Of a DNA stretch of 61,505 bases, positions 20,360-30,780 are shown piece by piece. The notes under the pieces are model-generated. The model saw nothing but the letters and a program-made list of their open reading frames with translations, did no database searches and had not been told where the DNA came from. The stretch is from an uncultured virus (IMG/VR IMGVR_UViG_3300024270_000037) (Duplodnaviria; Heunggongvirae; Uroviricota; Caudoviricetes): IMG/VR virus record IMGVR_UViG_3300024270_000037. One strand, given 5' to 3'. The translations under genes were made by a program, and so were the position numbers. Positions within the stretch are counted from its first letter, which is position 1. Each line of letters opens with the position of its first letter.

Positions 20360-22258
20360 ATGGGTCGAGTTGCATGTAAATTTAATTCAATTAATGGTCC
20401 AAATACAGGTGTTCGTACTAGATATGGTACTAGTAATTCATATACATCTGCAGGATATTTACTTAAGAAAAACTGTCCCGGTGGAATTTTTTATGTAGAA
20501 AGTACCGATGGTGGTGTTAATAATTATTTTAAATTAATTGATCCAGATTCTTATCCAGGCATTACTTCTAATGGTAAAACTGTTTATGTATTTTTAAGTA
20601 GTCAATTTTTAGAATATCCTAGACCTGATCAAGTTGTAGAATTAGGTAGAACAACTCATGGTGGTGGAGGTGGAACATTTGGTACTACGACTGGAAGTAG
20701 TTCTCTTACAAATGGTGTAGTATCAAATAATAATAATTTAAATTATGGTGTTGTTAATTCTTCAAATATTAGTGGTGTTACTGATTTTTTAAACAATACC
20801 AAAGCATCTACTATGGTCGCAGAAAATACCCGTGTATTTGGCTCACCATTTCAATTTTCTAATATAGCTGATAATAGACCTTTTAAAAATGATAGTGATG
20901 TTAGTGGTTACGGTAGAAAATATCTTGAAAATATTGTAGCTGAATCTCCTATTATCTATATTACACCAGGTGTTCCTAATTATATGCCTGGTGTTCCAGC
21001 AACTGATAAAAATAGATTAGCTACATTTATATCACAAAAATCTAGTGACAGTAATGTTAATAGTTCAGAAATTGCAAATGCTATCAATGATATTGAAGGT
21101 AGATATTATGATTTCGTTCCTGCATATGCAGAATATATGAGATATGTTAATTTGTTGTGTAGAACATGTGCACGATATATGGGATTATGTAGTCCTGATG
21201 CAACAGGTAAAAAACCAGAAGTTCCAGGATTTCCTGGTAAACATTATGATGATTTTGATTGGGGTCGATGGACAAATATAAATTATTCTATTGAAGAAAA
21301 ACAAAAACAAGGAATATTTGAAAAAATTGGTGGTGCATTTTTAGATCCTGTTGGAACAGTTACAGATACTTTTAATAGTGTAATTAATGGTATTACTGAT
21401 GACTTATTTGGTGAATATAAATTTTTGAAATGTTATGTTGATCCTTCTGTATCTTTCAGTGAATCTAGTAATAATAGCACAACTTCATCAATGGTTAGTG
21501 GTTTATTTGATACGGTAGAACAGATTGTTAGAGAAGCTAATTTCTTAACATCTGGTGGTGATATTCTTACAACTATGAAAGAAACTACACAAGATTTCCT
21601 TGGTGGAATAACAGGATTAGGTTCGGGTGATGCTAATTCAGGAATTAATAAACTTTTTGGTAATGCAACTCATGTTATTTCAGGTTCTAATATTATAATT
21701 CCTGAATTATGGGGAGATTCTAATTATGATAAATCGTATTCATTTACTGTCGATTTAGTATCCCCGTATGGTGATATTGAATCATGTTATTTAAATGTCA
21801 TAGTTCCCATGATGCATCTTATTGCAATTTCAATGCCTAGGCAAACTAGTGCTAATAGTTTCGGTTCACCGTTTTTAGTTAAAATGTTTGCTAAAGGATG
21901 GTTCTCTTGTGATTTAGGAATTGTAAGTAGTATTCGTATTGAAAAACAAGCTGATTCTTGGAATATTCATGGCATTCCTAATCATGTGAAAGTTGAAATA
22001 AGTGTTACTGATTTATATCAATCATTATCTATTTCAAAAACGTCTACTCCAAAATTATTCTTTGCTAATCAAGGATTGATTGAATTCTTAGCAGTTACAT
22101 CAGGTTTGAATATTACCCAAGGTAATCTTGGATTAAAGATCGATACTATTATTCAAACTTATACTAATACATTAAAGGATTTATTCCCCAATATGTATGA
22201 TAGTATCGTTCAGTCTATTAGAAATTCAATTGAAGGTTGGTTTAAAATTACAAGATAA
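20360..22258 (+). CDS. putative tail/baseplate structural protein with N-terminal SH3-like domain
   Basis: Follows the tape-measure gene; late motif at 20315; C-terminal IPELWGDSNYDKSYSF...GIVSSIRI resembles tube-initiator/baseplate proteins. Confidence 0.55.
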   Translation: MGRVACKFNSINGPNTGVRTRYGTSNSYTSAGYLLKKNCPGGIFYVESTDGGVNNYFKLIDPDSYPGITSNGKTVYVFLSSQFLEYPRPDQVVELGRTTHGGGGGTFGTTTGSSSLTNGVVSNNNNLNYGVVNSSNISGVTDFLNNTKASTMVAENTRVFGSPFQFSNIADNRPFKNDSDVSGYGRKYLENIVAESPIIYITPGVPNYMPGVPATDKNRLATFISQKSSDSNVNSSEIANAINDIEGRYYDFVPAYAEYMRYVNLLCRTCARYMGLCSPDATGKKPEVPGFPGKHYDDFDWGRWTNINYSIEEKQKQGIFEKIGGAFLDPVGTVTDTFNSVINGITDDLFGEYKFLKCYVDPSVSFSESSNNSTTSSMVSGLFDTVEQIVREANFLTSGGDILTTMKETTQDFLGGITGLGSGDANSGINKLFGNATHVISGSNIIIPELWGDSNYDKSYSFTVDLVSPYGDIESCYLNVIVPMMHLIAISMPRQTSANSFGSPFLVKMFAKGWFSCDLGIVSSIRIEKQADSWNIHGIPNHVKVEISVTDLYQSLSISKTSTPKLFFANQGLIEFLAVTSGLNITQGNLGLKIDTIIQTYTNTLKDLFPNMYDSIVQSIRNSIEGWFKITR

Positions 22259-22271
22259 TGGTGATATATTA

Positions 22272-22904
22272 ATGAAGAAGAATAAAAAATTAACAGAGTA
22301 TTTTCAAAAATATGGTAATATTCCGAATGATTATTATGAAAGATTCACTTATTTAATATCTGAAATGAATTTAAATCTAAAAGATATTGATAAAATAAAA
22401 AAATCTATAAAACGAATTCTTGGTATAAAGTATGAAGAAATATCATTTGTATTTTATTTCTATCCACAAGCAACACCACGACCAAGATACTCTAGATTTA
22501 CAAAAGCATTTTATGTGAAAAATGCTTTAGATTACAATTCTTTATTTAAAGAATTTATGGAATCATGCGAAGAATTAAATTTTAAAGTAATAACTCCTTG
22601 TGAATTAATTTGTAAGACATATTCACCAATACCATCAACAATGAATAAAGTTGATAGTATATTAGCAGAATTAGGTCTTATAAAACACATCTCTAAACCA
22701 GATGGGGATAATTTATTAAAGAGCTATTCTGATATGATACAGAAAAATTTAGTAATAGATGATGCCCTATTCTATAAAATGTATATAGAAAAGTTATATT
22801 CATTTAAACCACGAATCGAAATTACTGTAAGATATATGTTAGATTACGATTCTAAATATAATGAGAAAAAGATTAATAACTATAAAACATTCGATAAGAA
22901 ATAA
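22272..22904 (+). CDS. rusA: RusA-like Holliday junction resolvase
   Basis: PQATPRPR, KPDGDNLLKSYSD, DDA, KLYSFKPRIEITV; ATG 22272 after GGTG RBS. Confidence 0.85.
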   Translation: MKKNKKLTEYFQKYGNIPNDYYERFTYLISEMNLNLKDIDKIKKSIKRILGIKYEEISFVFYFYPQATPRPRYSRFTKAFYVKNALDYNSLFKEFMESCEELNFKVITPCELICKTYSPIPSTMNKVDSILAELGLIKHISKPDGDNLLKSYSDMIQKNLVIDDALFYKMYIEKLYSFKPRIEITVRYMLDYDSKYNEKKINNYKTFDKK

Positions 22905-22941
22905 TATTATTATATACAAATAAGTAAATAATAAAATCTAG

Positions 22942-23295
22942 ATGAGGGAGGTCGATTCTTATATGGAGTTAAATTCCATTATTAATGATGATAAAATTAA
23001 TAATAAGATTAGAAATATATATAAAGTTATTAATAAAAATGAAGATAAATTTAACGAAGTATTTAGTAGAACTTTTGAAGATATTAAAAATATCTTCTCT
23101 GATGCTACTATGAACTCTAATATTATTGAAATTTTAAATAATGATATGCATTCTATTATGGAAAAGAGAAATGAATGTCATGATATTCTCTCTCATCATG
23201 CTGATGATGTGTTGGATGTATATTCATATTTAATTCCTTTTGTATTTAAGATTAATGTAGTAAAAGATATGATTACTATAAGTAAAAAATATTAA
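22942..23295 (+). CDS. hypothetical protein
   Basis: ORF; the GGAGG inside its 5' end suggests the true start is the second Met. Confidence 0.55.
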   Translation: MREVDSYMELNSIINDDKINNKIRNIYKVINKNEDKFNEVFSRTFEDIKNIFSDATMNSNIIEILNNDMHSIMEKRNECHDILSHHADDVLDVYSYLIPFVFKINVVKDMITISKKY

Positions 23296-23298
23296 TAT

Positions 23299-23338
23299 TA
23301 TGGAGATAACGGATTAATCCGTTATCTCCATATTTTTT
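23299..23338. terminator. terminator between convergent genes
   Basis: TATGGAGATAACGGAT/ATCCGTTATCTCCATA plus T-tract. Confidence 0.8.
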
Positions 23339-23340
23339 AT

Positions 23341-24747
23341 TTAATCTCCAATAACAGTATCCATAAAATTAGATAAATCAGTATATTTATCTTTCATCTT
23401 AGGATTCTTTTCAATAATACTATCAATCTGTTTCTTAGAAATTGTAACGAATCCTTTACATTCATTTTTAACAGCTTTATCCTTACATTTCTTAGTCATG
23501 AACTCAGACATCTTAGTTCTATGTGTTTCATTAGAAGGATCATCTTTTAACTTGTTAAAAATACCAAAGAATTCAGAACGATTCTTTGCAAACTCTTCAG
23601 TTTCGATAACAGTATCAACAGTATTAGTTACAGGATTTAACATATTCTCAGTGAGCTTTTTAATATTTTCATAAGAATAATTTTCAAATCCCATGGTATA
23701 TAACATTTCCATTAAAGTATACTTAGTCAATGCCTCAGTAAGGATTAAATCCATATTAACTTCAGTATCTTCAACAGGCTTTTCATCAGTGAGAGCATCA
23801 TCAATATCCATTTCAGTATCATAATTTCTAGCTACTTCTTTATCATCTTCAATATTTTTCATATCAGTAGCTACAATAGATACATTTTCAGTAATGTATT
23901 CTTGATAACAATCCCTAAATAAAGTATCAAATAAAGTACCACTCTCAACAATGGGTTTATTAAGAATGATATTATTTAAAGCTTCATTGAGTTTTTCTTC
24001 AGTATCAGCTTCAGTATCCTGTTGTAAAGCAGCTACAATATCCTCTTGTTTTCTAGCAGCTTCTTCGCTACGAGTCTTTTCATCTTTAACGACGGTTAAA
24101 ACTTTATCTTTAACTAATTCACTGATCCTGTCAATGTTTAAATTATCCTTTTTAGAATAATCTAACATATCTTTTTCATCGGAAGTCATATCAAAATCAA
24201 TGAGATCCATGTTTTTGCATTCTTTAGAATCTTTTAATTTACGATCACAGACTTCTTTTGCAACAGCTTCACATACAGATTTAATCTTCTTTAATAACAT
24301 ATTATCCATGTTATTTTTAATAGCATTATCTAATACTTTGAAGCCACCATTTTCATCAACATATTTATCAGTTAAACACTTAATATGATGACAATTTTCT
24401 TCTAAGAAATCATCATCCATTAATAAAGAATTATAGAATACTTCGAATAAAATATCCTTTAATGCAAATTCCTTAGCTTCGTTATTAATTCTATTGATAT
24501 TAATAGGAATCTGAGATTCCTTAATATATCTATTAACAATACCTTCATTACGTTTATTTTTATAATAATCGGCTTCTGCTTTAAGCATATTAGATTCCAT
24601 GATTGATTCTTGTTCCAATGCTTTCATTTTACGTAAAGTAGAATTTGCAGCAGCAGAATCACTCATAGTATCGATTTTTCTAGTATATGATTTATTGAAA
24701 GAATATGCCTCTACAGAAGTACATACATTAGAAAAGGGATTAGACAT
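23341..24747 (-). CDS. putative virion head protein
   Basis: Late motif AACAttattgTA upstream; several hydrophobic-x-E-(A/S) putative maturation sites. Confidence 0.5.
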   Translation of the reverse strand: MSNPFSNVCTSVEAYSFNKSYTRKIDTMSDSAAANSTLRKMKALEQESIMESNMLKAEADYYKNKRNEGIVNRYIKESQIPININRINNEAKEFALKDILFEVFYNSLLMDDDFLEENCHHIKCLTDKYVDENGGFKVLDNAIKNNMDNMLLKKIKSVCEAVAKEVCDRKLKDSKECKNMDLIDFDMTSDEKDMLDYSKKDNLNIDRISELVKDKVLTVVKDEKTRSEEAARKQEDIVAALQQDTEADTEEKLNEALNNIILNKPIVESGTLFDTLFRDCYQEYITENVSIVATDMKNIEDDKEVARNYDTEMDIDDALTDEKPVEDTEVNMDLILTEALTKYTLMEMLYTMGFENYSYENIKKLTENMLNPVTNTVDTVIETEEFAKNRSEFFGIFNKLKDDPSNETHRTKMSEFMTKKCKDKAVKNECKGFVTISKKQIDSIIEKNPKMKDKYTDLSNFMDTVIGD

Positions 24748-24789
24748 TTCCTATTCACAACCTTTCATAATTTATTACAATAATGTTTT

Positions 24790-27480
24790 TTAGACAATCT
24801 GAATACTTATATCTTCTAATTTAAGTGTTAAATATTCAGGAATATAGCAAATACGTTCTTCTTTAGTAAGAACATTTAAATCTTTAGTAATATTAATGAT
24901 TGCTTGTACATCGGTACTATAATCATTTATTCCAGTAAATTTTAAATATTCAATACTAGAGAAATTATTCTCTAATGCTCTAATTAAATTAGATACATAG
25001 AATGTATTGCTACCACTATCATTAATATTTTCAATATATTCTTTAATAAAGATTTTGATATCTTTTTCTAACTCCAATACATCAACACCAAATATTGTAT
25101 GAATTTTAAAGCCGATACTTATATTGACCTTATTCAATACATTATTAGTATCTTGATCTGTAATAAAGTTTTTAGATTTACCATAGGTATTATAAAATTT
25201 AATATCGATTGCATAATTATTAGTAATTAAATTTAAAATATCATTTATATAGTTATATTGAGTTGTAAATGTATTATAAAATTCTTTATATACATTGATA
25301 TCTTGTAATGTAGATGTAGAAACTAATGGTACAGAATCCATCAATATATTATATGTACCACCTATAACAGCACCGTTACCTTCAATTATACCATCATTAT
25401 TATATATGTATTGAGTTGTACTACGCATCATTTTGATAGGTTTGATAAATGTTACAGGATTAGTTTCAGTTGTATATGTATTAGTATGGATTAATGTAGT
25501 ATTATTATCTGCATACTTATATCCAATATCAATTTCTAATACACAGTCTGTCATAGGAATTAAATGTTGACCAGTGACTTCATTAGAAGTGATATCTATC
25601 ATATCTAATATTCTAAATCTGTTATTAGATAAAATATAATCATCAGTTTTAATTTCACAACTAAATGTATACACATCTAATTTAGTATCCCAAGATTCTA
25701 GTTTCATATTTGTATAACAAATTGGAGAATCCATAGAACCACTAGTTGCAATTAATTTAACTTGTATTGATTCTGTTATAACTGTATTAATAATATCATT
25801 TGTAATTGGATCACGCTCTTCAATAATCATAGGATTATCTAAATCTGTAGTAGGTGATACTGTTAATTTTACAGTATAAGAATCAGACCCACTAATACCA
25901 TCTCTAGTAATACTCAAACTGTTACAAATGAATTGAACTAATGATGTATCATTGACATATTTATAGTCAACAACATGTTTACTTTCGATAGTTGTTAAAT
26001 AATATCCTACATCAGAAGGACTTTTAGAAAAATAAATTAAGAAAGGATTACTATATAAAAATTCTTCATTGTCTGAAGAAATAGCCATTATATCATTATC
26101 TATTCTTTCAACAACATTTGTAGTATTAGGTTTATATTTAAAAATATGACCAGGTTTCATAATATAAATATTACTTTGTGCTAATTCAATATCGAAATCA
26201 TTGACATTTAAATCAAGTTTTAATGTATTTGTACTATATATTTCATTATTACTATCTTTTAATAATACAAATGCATTAAATAATCTTTCAAATATATCAT
26301 CTCGTTTTTTCAAGAATAAAACATTTGAATTAAAATTTCTATTAAAGTTATCAAAATATAATTGTAAATCATTCTCATTAGTATATGAAGCGACAGTTGA
26401 GAACATTTCAATTATCATATTTTTCATCTCATTAATATCTAATGGTTGTTTACCGCTATGAGAACCTGTCATAGGAATAGCAAATAAAGTAATATGATTG
26501 TTATAATCATATACTTCTGAGTTTGTAATAACCTGAATATTATCACCAATGTACTGTTCAAAATTACCAGCATCACCAGTTGTAGTATAATAACTAATAT
26601 TAATTTCAGAATTATATTTAGGATAAAAGTAATTATCTCTAGAGGAGAAACTAATTTCTATCTTATTTTCATCTATAGCTTTATAATAACAGAAAGGAGC
26701 TTTTATCGGAGCACTACCAAGAGCCAATTTATCTAACTGTGTATATGTAGTAGATCCAGCTTCTCGATAAAATACTTCAAAGTTTGCAATATAATTATCG
26801 TATTCTAATGTATATTTAGGTAAATTGATGATAGTAGTATCAACTACATTATCATTCATTGTAAATTTTTCAACTTGATGAGTCCTAACTTCTAACTGAA
26901 GATATTTATTATTTTCAACATTTACTCGCTTTAATTTTATATAAGGATTTATAATATCACTAATCGTATTATTATATACACTATTATTTTCAATTTTATC
27001 ATACATTGCTGTATATATACGATCATTATTATATAATTTATAGTTTATTTTAATACTGTAATCAGGTTTAAACGGTATATCTTCAACATATATCGTCATA
27101 TTGTTATCCAAATAAAATTCATATAAATTTGCATAACTATTATAAACTGCATATTTAGTCACATATTCCTCAGGAATAAATAATAACATATCACATTGAG
27201 ATGCAGTTGCAAATATACCATCTATTTTAAACAATGCTCCATAATTGAATATACTTTCAGGAATAACAGCTAAATTGGGAAATATTTCATTCAGATAAGT
27301 TGAAATAGTATTAAATGAATCTTCACCAATAGTACCTAATAATTCTGTAGTATAACCTAATAAACCAATATTAAGGTCATTAACTTCTTCCATATTAAAA
27401 TATCTTGGAGCTAATTCATTTATGGCAAAATCTTTTATTTTATGAATACTACTATAATTTCGTGTCGCCAAAAGTATCAC
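24790..27480 (-). CDS. putative baseplate wedge protein
   Basis: 896 aa; LNEIFPNLA near the N-terminus, YYTTTGDAGNF, C-terminal FYVSNLIRALE, as in large myophage wedge proteins. Confidence 0.6.
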   Translation of the reverse strand: MILLATRNYSSIHKIKDFAINELAPRYFNMEEVNDLNIGLLGYTTELLGTIGEDSFNTISTYLNEIFPNLAVIPESIFNYGALFKIDGIFATASQCDMLLFIPEEYVTKYAVYNSYANLYEFYLDNNMTIYVEDIPFKPDYSIKINYKLYNNDRIYTAMYDKIENNSVYNNTISDIINPYIKLKRVNVENNKYLQLEVRTHQVEKFTMNDNVVDTTIINLPKYTLEYDNYIANFEVFYREAGSTTYTQLDKLALGSAPIKAPFCYYKAIDENKIEISFSSRDNYFYPKYNSEINISYYTTTGDAGNFEQYIGDNIQVITNSEVYDYNNHITLFAIPMTGSHSGKQPLDINEMKNMIIEMFSTVASYTNENDLQLYFDNFNRNFNSNVLFLKKRDDIFERLFNAFVLLKDSNNEIYSTNTLKLDLNVNDFDIELAQSNIYIMKPGHIFKYKPNTTNVVERIDNDIMAISSDNEEFLYSNPFLIYFSKSPSDVGYYLTTIESKHVVDYKYVNDTSLVQFICNSLSITRDGISGSDSYTVKLTVSPTTDLDNPMIIEERDPITNDIINTVITESIQVKLIATSGSMDSPICYTNMKLESWDTKLDVYTFSCEIKTDDYILSNNRFRILDMIDITSNEVTGQHLIPMTDCVLEIDIGYKYADNNTTLIHTNTYTTETNPVTFIKPIKMMRSTTQYIYNNDGIIEGNGAVIGGTYNILMDSVPLVSTSTLQDINVYKEFYNTFTTQYNYINDILNLITNNYAIDIKFYNTYGKSKNFITDQDTNNVLNKVNISIGFKIHTIFGVDVLELEKDIKIFIKEYIENINDSGSNTFYVSNLIRALENNFSSIEYLKFTGINDYSTDVQAIINITKDLNVLTKEERICYIPEYLTLKLEDISIQIV

Positions 27481-29000
27481 TCCGTTCTAAAACGTAATTT
27501 ATATAAATATGTATTATTATGAACATCATCTATTGTTTCAACAAAAGGTGTTCCGACAAATGTTTTACCAGTAGATCCTAAATCATAATCATATATTTTT
27601 GCATATTTGGTACTTGTCTCTCGTTCAGAATTTTTATTAAATTCTGCTAATGATGTTGGCATCATATCTTCTTTCCATGAATATTCATAATTTATATTAT
27701 ATTCTGGAGCTTTACCGACACCACCATCCCATGAAGATCTAGATGATGGAATAGTTGTAGGAAATACTCCAGTATATTTAGTCCAGAAAAGGATAGTTTC
27801 ACCATCTGCACCACATAAGAAATAGTATACAGAACATGCATAATCTATCGTTCTATTAATAATATTACTTCTTGTAGGAGAAAATTCTCCACGATAAACT
27901 TTAGAAATATAGTCTACCCAAGCTTTATGGATTTTATAAATATTATAATTATTATCATCAGTGTATGTAATGGAGAATGCATCTGCTGATTTTGATTTTA
28001 CATTATTTTTACCATATTTAATTTTCCATCCAGTAAATGTTTCACCATATTCATCAGTATCTACATATTCATCTTTTAATTCAAAGCTTCCTGCCTTATT
28101 AGATAAAAATGGATTAAAATCATGTGCATATGAGAAATTTCTACCAGTTAATGATAGTAATAGATCTTTATTATTTTTAAACATATAATAGTAAAATGGA
28201 TCATTAGATACTTTAGGTATTAATGTATTCTTATCTGAAAATAGATTTAAATCTGGTCGTGTAAAGAATAAATAAGCAAATGTTTTAGTTAATACTGTTT
28301 CAGGATATGCTATTTTAAATCTATTAAATTTAGTTAAAGTATTATTTTTTATTAAATCAGGATTTATATTACCGATATTTAAATTATTTTTAGCAATTTT
28401 TATATCATTGATAAGTGAATCATATCTCATATAATAATTTTCAATGTGTTTATTATATTCTTGAAATTCACCAACGGGTGTTAATGCATTCTCGGTTTTA
28501 CCAGTATATGATAAATATCTATCAATATTATCTGATGTTGATATAGCTTGAGAATTTTTGATGACACCATTTGTATTAGAATAAGGAGATGAACTGATAT
28601 TAGGTGAACTAGGTGTTACATTAGGTTGTGCTATTGTAGTTCCTGTAGTTTGTGATGGAGATAAATATCCAGATTTGACTAATTCATATTCTGAATTTGA
28701 TATAACTTTCCACCAATCTAAATGATCATAACTTACTGATACATATTTAACAGGTGTTGCAGATAAACTGTATCTATCAGGATCTAATAATACATAATAT
28801 TCACCACTACCTAAATCAGCATTACAGAAATAATGTAAATTATCAGGACAGCTATTTTTAAATAAATAACCTGTAACAGGGGAATTTTTAGAAGGTTGTG
28901 ATCTTACTACGATTGCTGATACATTCATTTTAAACTTACATTGTAGAACTGACATAAATATTTTTCCACCTTCTTTGTCATGTAGTTTATTTATATTCAT
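27477..29000 (-). CDS. putative tail tube-like/baseplate protein with N-terminal SH3-like domain
   Basis: FFTRPDLN, KAWVDYI, YTGVFPTTIP tube-like motifs; true start probably MSVLQC; late motif upstream. Confidence 0.55.
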   Translation of the reverse strand: MNINKLHDKEGGKIFMSVLQCKFKMNVSAIVVRSQPSKNSPVTGYLFKNSCPDNLHYFCNADLGSGEYYVLLDPDRYSLSATPVKYVSVSYDHLDWWKVISNSEYELVKSGYLSPSQTTGTTIAQPNVTPSSPNISSSPYSNTNGVIKNSQAISTSDNIDRYLSYTGKTENALTPVGEFQEYNKHIENYYMRYDSLINDIKIAKNNLNIGNINPDLIKNNTLTKFNRFKIAYPETVLTKTFAYLFFTRPDLNLFSDKNTLIPKVSNDPFYYYMFKNNKDLLLSLTGRNFSYAHDFNPFLSNKAGSFELKDEYVDTDEYGETFTGWKIKYGKNNVKSKSADAFSITYTDDNNYNIYKIHKAWVDYISKVYRGEFSPTRSNIINRTIDYACSVYYFLCGADGETILFWTKYTGVFPTTIPSSRSSWDGGVGKAPEYNINYEYSWKEDMMPTSLAEFNKNSERETSTKYAKIYDYDLGSTGKTFVGTPFVETIDDVHNNTYLYKLRFRTE

Positions 29001-29240
29001 GTTTTTAAACTAAGTTTTAACCGTCTGTATTAATAATCAATATATATTATAAATATATATTATATATGTATAACACGTTTATAAAATTGAAAAAATCAAT
29101 ACCGTAAGGTGTTGTAGTATATATAATAAAAACGTGTCATTTATGTAGTTGTCACCCCACATCATATTGTGATTTAACCAATCAACATTTTTGTAAGATT
29201 GATTAAGTAAGATACGTGTATAAGGAGATGACATCTGAGA

Positions 29241-29330
29241 ATGGACTTTTTACTGGATATACTAAATCTTATTACCTTAGGTGAAACAATCGTTGATAAA
29301 ATAAATGGAGATAATAGAAAAATTAGTTAA
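29241..29330 (+). CDS. possible 29-aa amphipathic peptide
   Basis: MDFLLDILNLITLGETIVDKINGDNRKIS; AAGGAG 13 nt upstream; AACA-N6-TA at 29184. Confidence 0.3.
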   Translation: MDFLLDILNLITLGETIVDKINGDNRKIS

Positions 29331-29445
29331 TATATAAAAAAATAAGATTATTACAACGAGAAAACTTTACGGTATATTTTTTTTTGCTTTTAAGTCTAAA
29401 TAACATTAATATAATAATTTATATGGAAAGGAGTTTTGAAATAAA

Positions 29446-30753
29446 ATGGGTGTTTTTCTTGATATTGTGAATATAATCAAAGATATCAATACTGCAGCTG
29501 ATGAAGGATTACTTGATCAGACCCGTGCAGCTAGATATAAAGCTCGTGGTAAACAGTACAGCTCTATTTCAAAACGTGCTTCTGAAGGAACTTTACAGTT
29601 TCCGGTGTTAATTAGTTCTTCTATTGATATTGAAACTGCCCAGAACATTTGTAAAGCACTTGAAAGAAATTATAGTACGTTTACACAAATTGCTTTTAGT
29701 CATACCCCTACTGATAATTGGAATAAAAACTGGACAGCTTCTGATTATATAAAGAACTTCCATCAGAATACAGGTATCAGTTCTGATAGACATGATATTC
29801 AAAATGCTCTTAATAGTATTATGGATTCTTATAATGTATATGAGGATGATAAGATTATTATCTTTGAAGCCACATATAATTCTTCGACCACTAATATTGA
29901 TGCTAAAAATAAAGAGCAGTTATTTGATGTTATGGAACATCTCAGACATGATATTTTAAATAATAAATATATTCCTAAGACTGAAGTTATTTATAATTTT
30001 AAAGATAAGAAATTAAATCAGAAGTATAATAATATTGTTACAGAAGCAAATGATTCTACTCCTAAAGCTAAATCTATGGATCTTAATAAAGATATTTTGA
30101 AAGATAATGATGTTAAAAAGTCCAATGAGTTAGTTGCAACTACATTACATGTTAGAATTCGTCTTGTTAATAAGAATGATGAAGATATGGGTGTTGTTGA
30201 TTTTATTGTAGGTATTAAGTGTATCATGCATCCTATTAAGAGTAATGACATGATTACGAATATGGTTAATGCATGTCGTAATGATAATAGAGTATTCAAT
30301 TTCTTACGTTGGACTACTGGTGAAATTAGTTTCTTTAAGGATTTCTTGTTAAATGTTAATGAAATCAAAACTGATGTAACTAATTATAAAACTGGTTCTT
30401 CTCCTTGGTGGTTAGCATTAAAGAGACGTAAATCTCTTTCCAGACTGAAGGATACTGCTGTTATTGGTAAACAAATTTTACCTAATGCAACTATCGTTAT
30501 TTCTGCTGAAGAAGTTGAATTTATCAAATCTGAATATGGTTATGATCTTTATAATCCTATTTTCTTTAGTAAGATTATGAATCATTACTTCTTATTAGGA
30601 TTTGTTATTGTTGATAATTCTTCTCAGATTGCTCACTTCTTATTTGAAGATCAGGAGAATTTCCAGACTGTTACGTTCTCTGCATTAGAAAAGTCTAGTG
30701 TTAATGATGAACGTAAGTTCAAGGAAATGCTCAAAGTTGTAAACAGAATGTAA
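29446..30753 (+). CDS. putative virion structural protein
   Basis: Late motif at 29402, AAGGAG RBS, structural gene block. Confidence 0.55.
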   Translation: MGVFLDIVNIIKDINTAADEGLLDQTRAARYKARGKQYSSISKRASEGTLQFPVLISSSIDIETAQNICKALERNYSTFTQIAFSHTPTDNWNKNWTASDYIKNFHQNTGISSDRHDIQNALNSIMDSYNVYEDDKIIIFEATYNSSTTNIDAKNKEQLFDVMEHLRHDILNNKYIPKTEVIYNFKDKKLNQKYNNIVTEANDSTPKAKSMDLNKDILKDNDVKKSNELVATTLHVRIRLVNKNDEDMGVVDFIVGIKCIMHPIKSNDMITNMVNACRNDNRVFNFLRWTTGEISFFKDFLLNVNEIKTDVTNYKTGSSPWWLALKRRKSLSRLKDTAVIGKQILPNATIVISAEEVEFIKSEYGYDLYNPIFFSKIMNHYFLLGFVIVDNSSQIAHFLFEDQENFQTVTFSALEKSSVNDERKFKEMLKVVNRM

Positions 30754-30780
30754 TTTTTTATAGAATCGGGGTGAAGTAAA

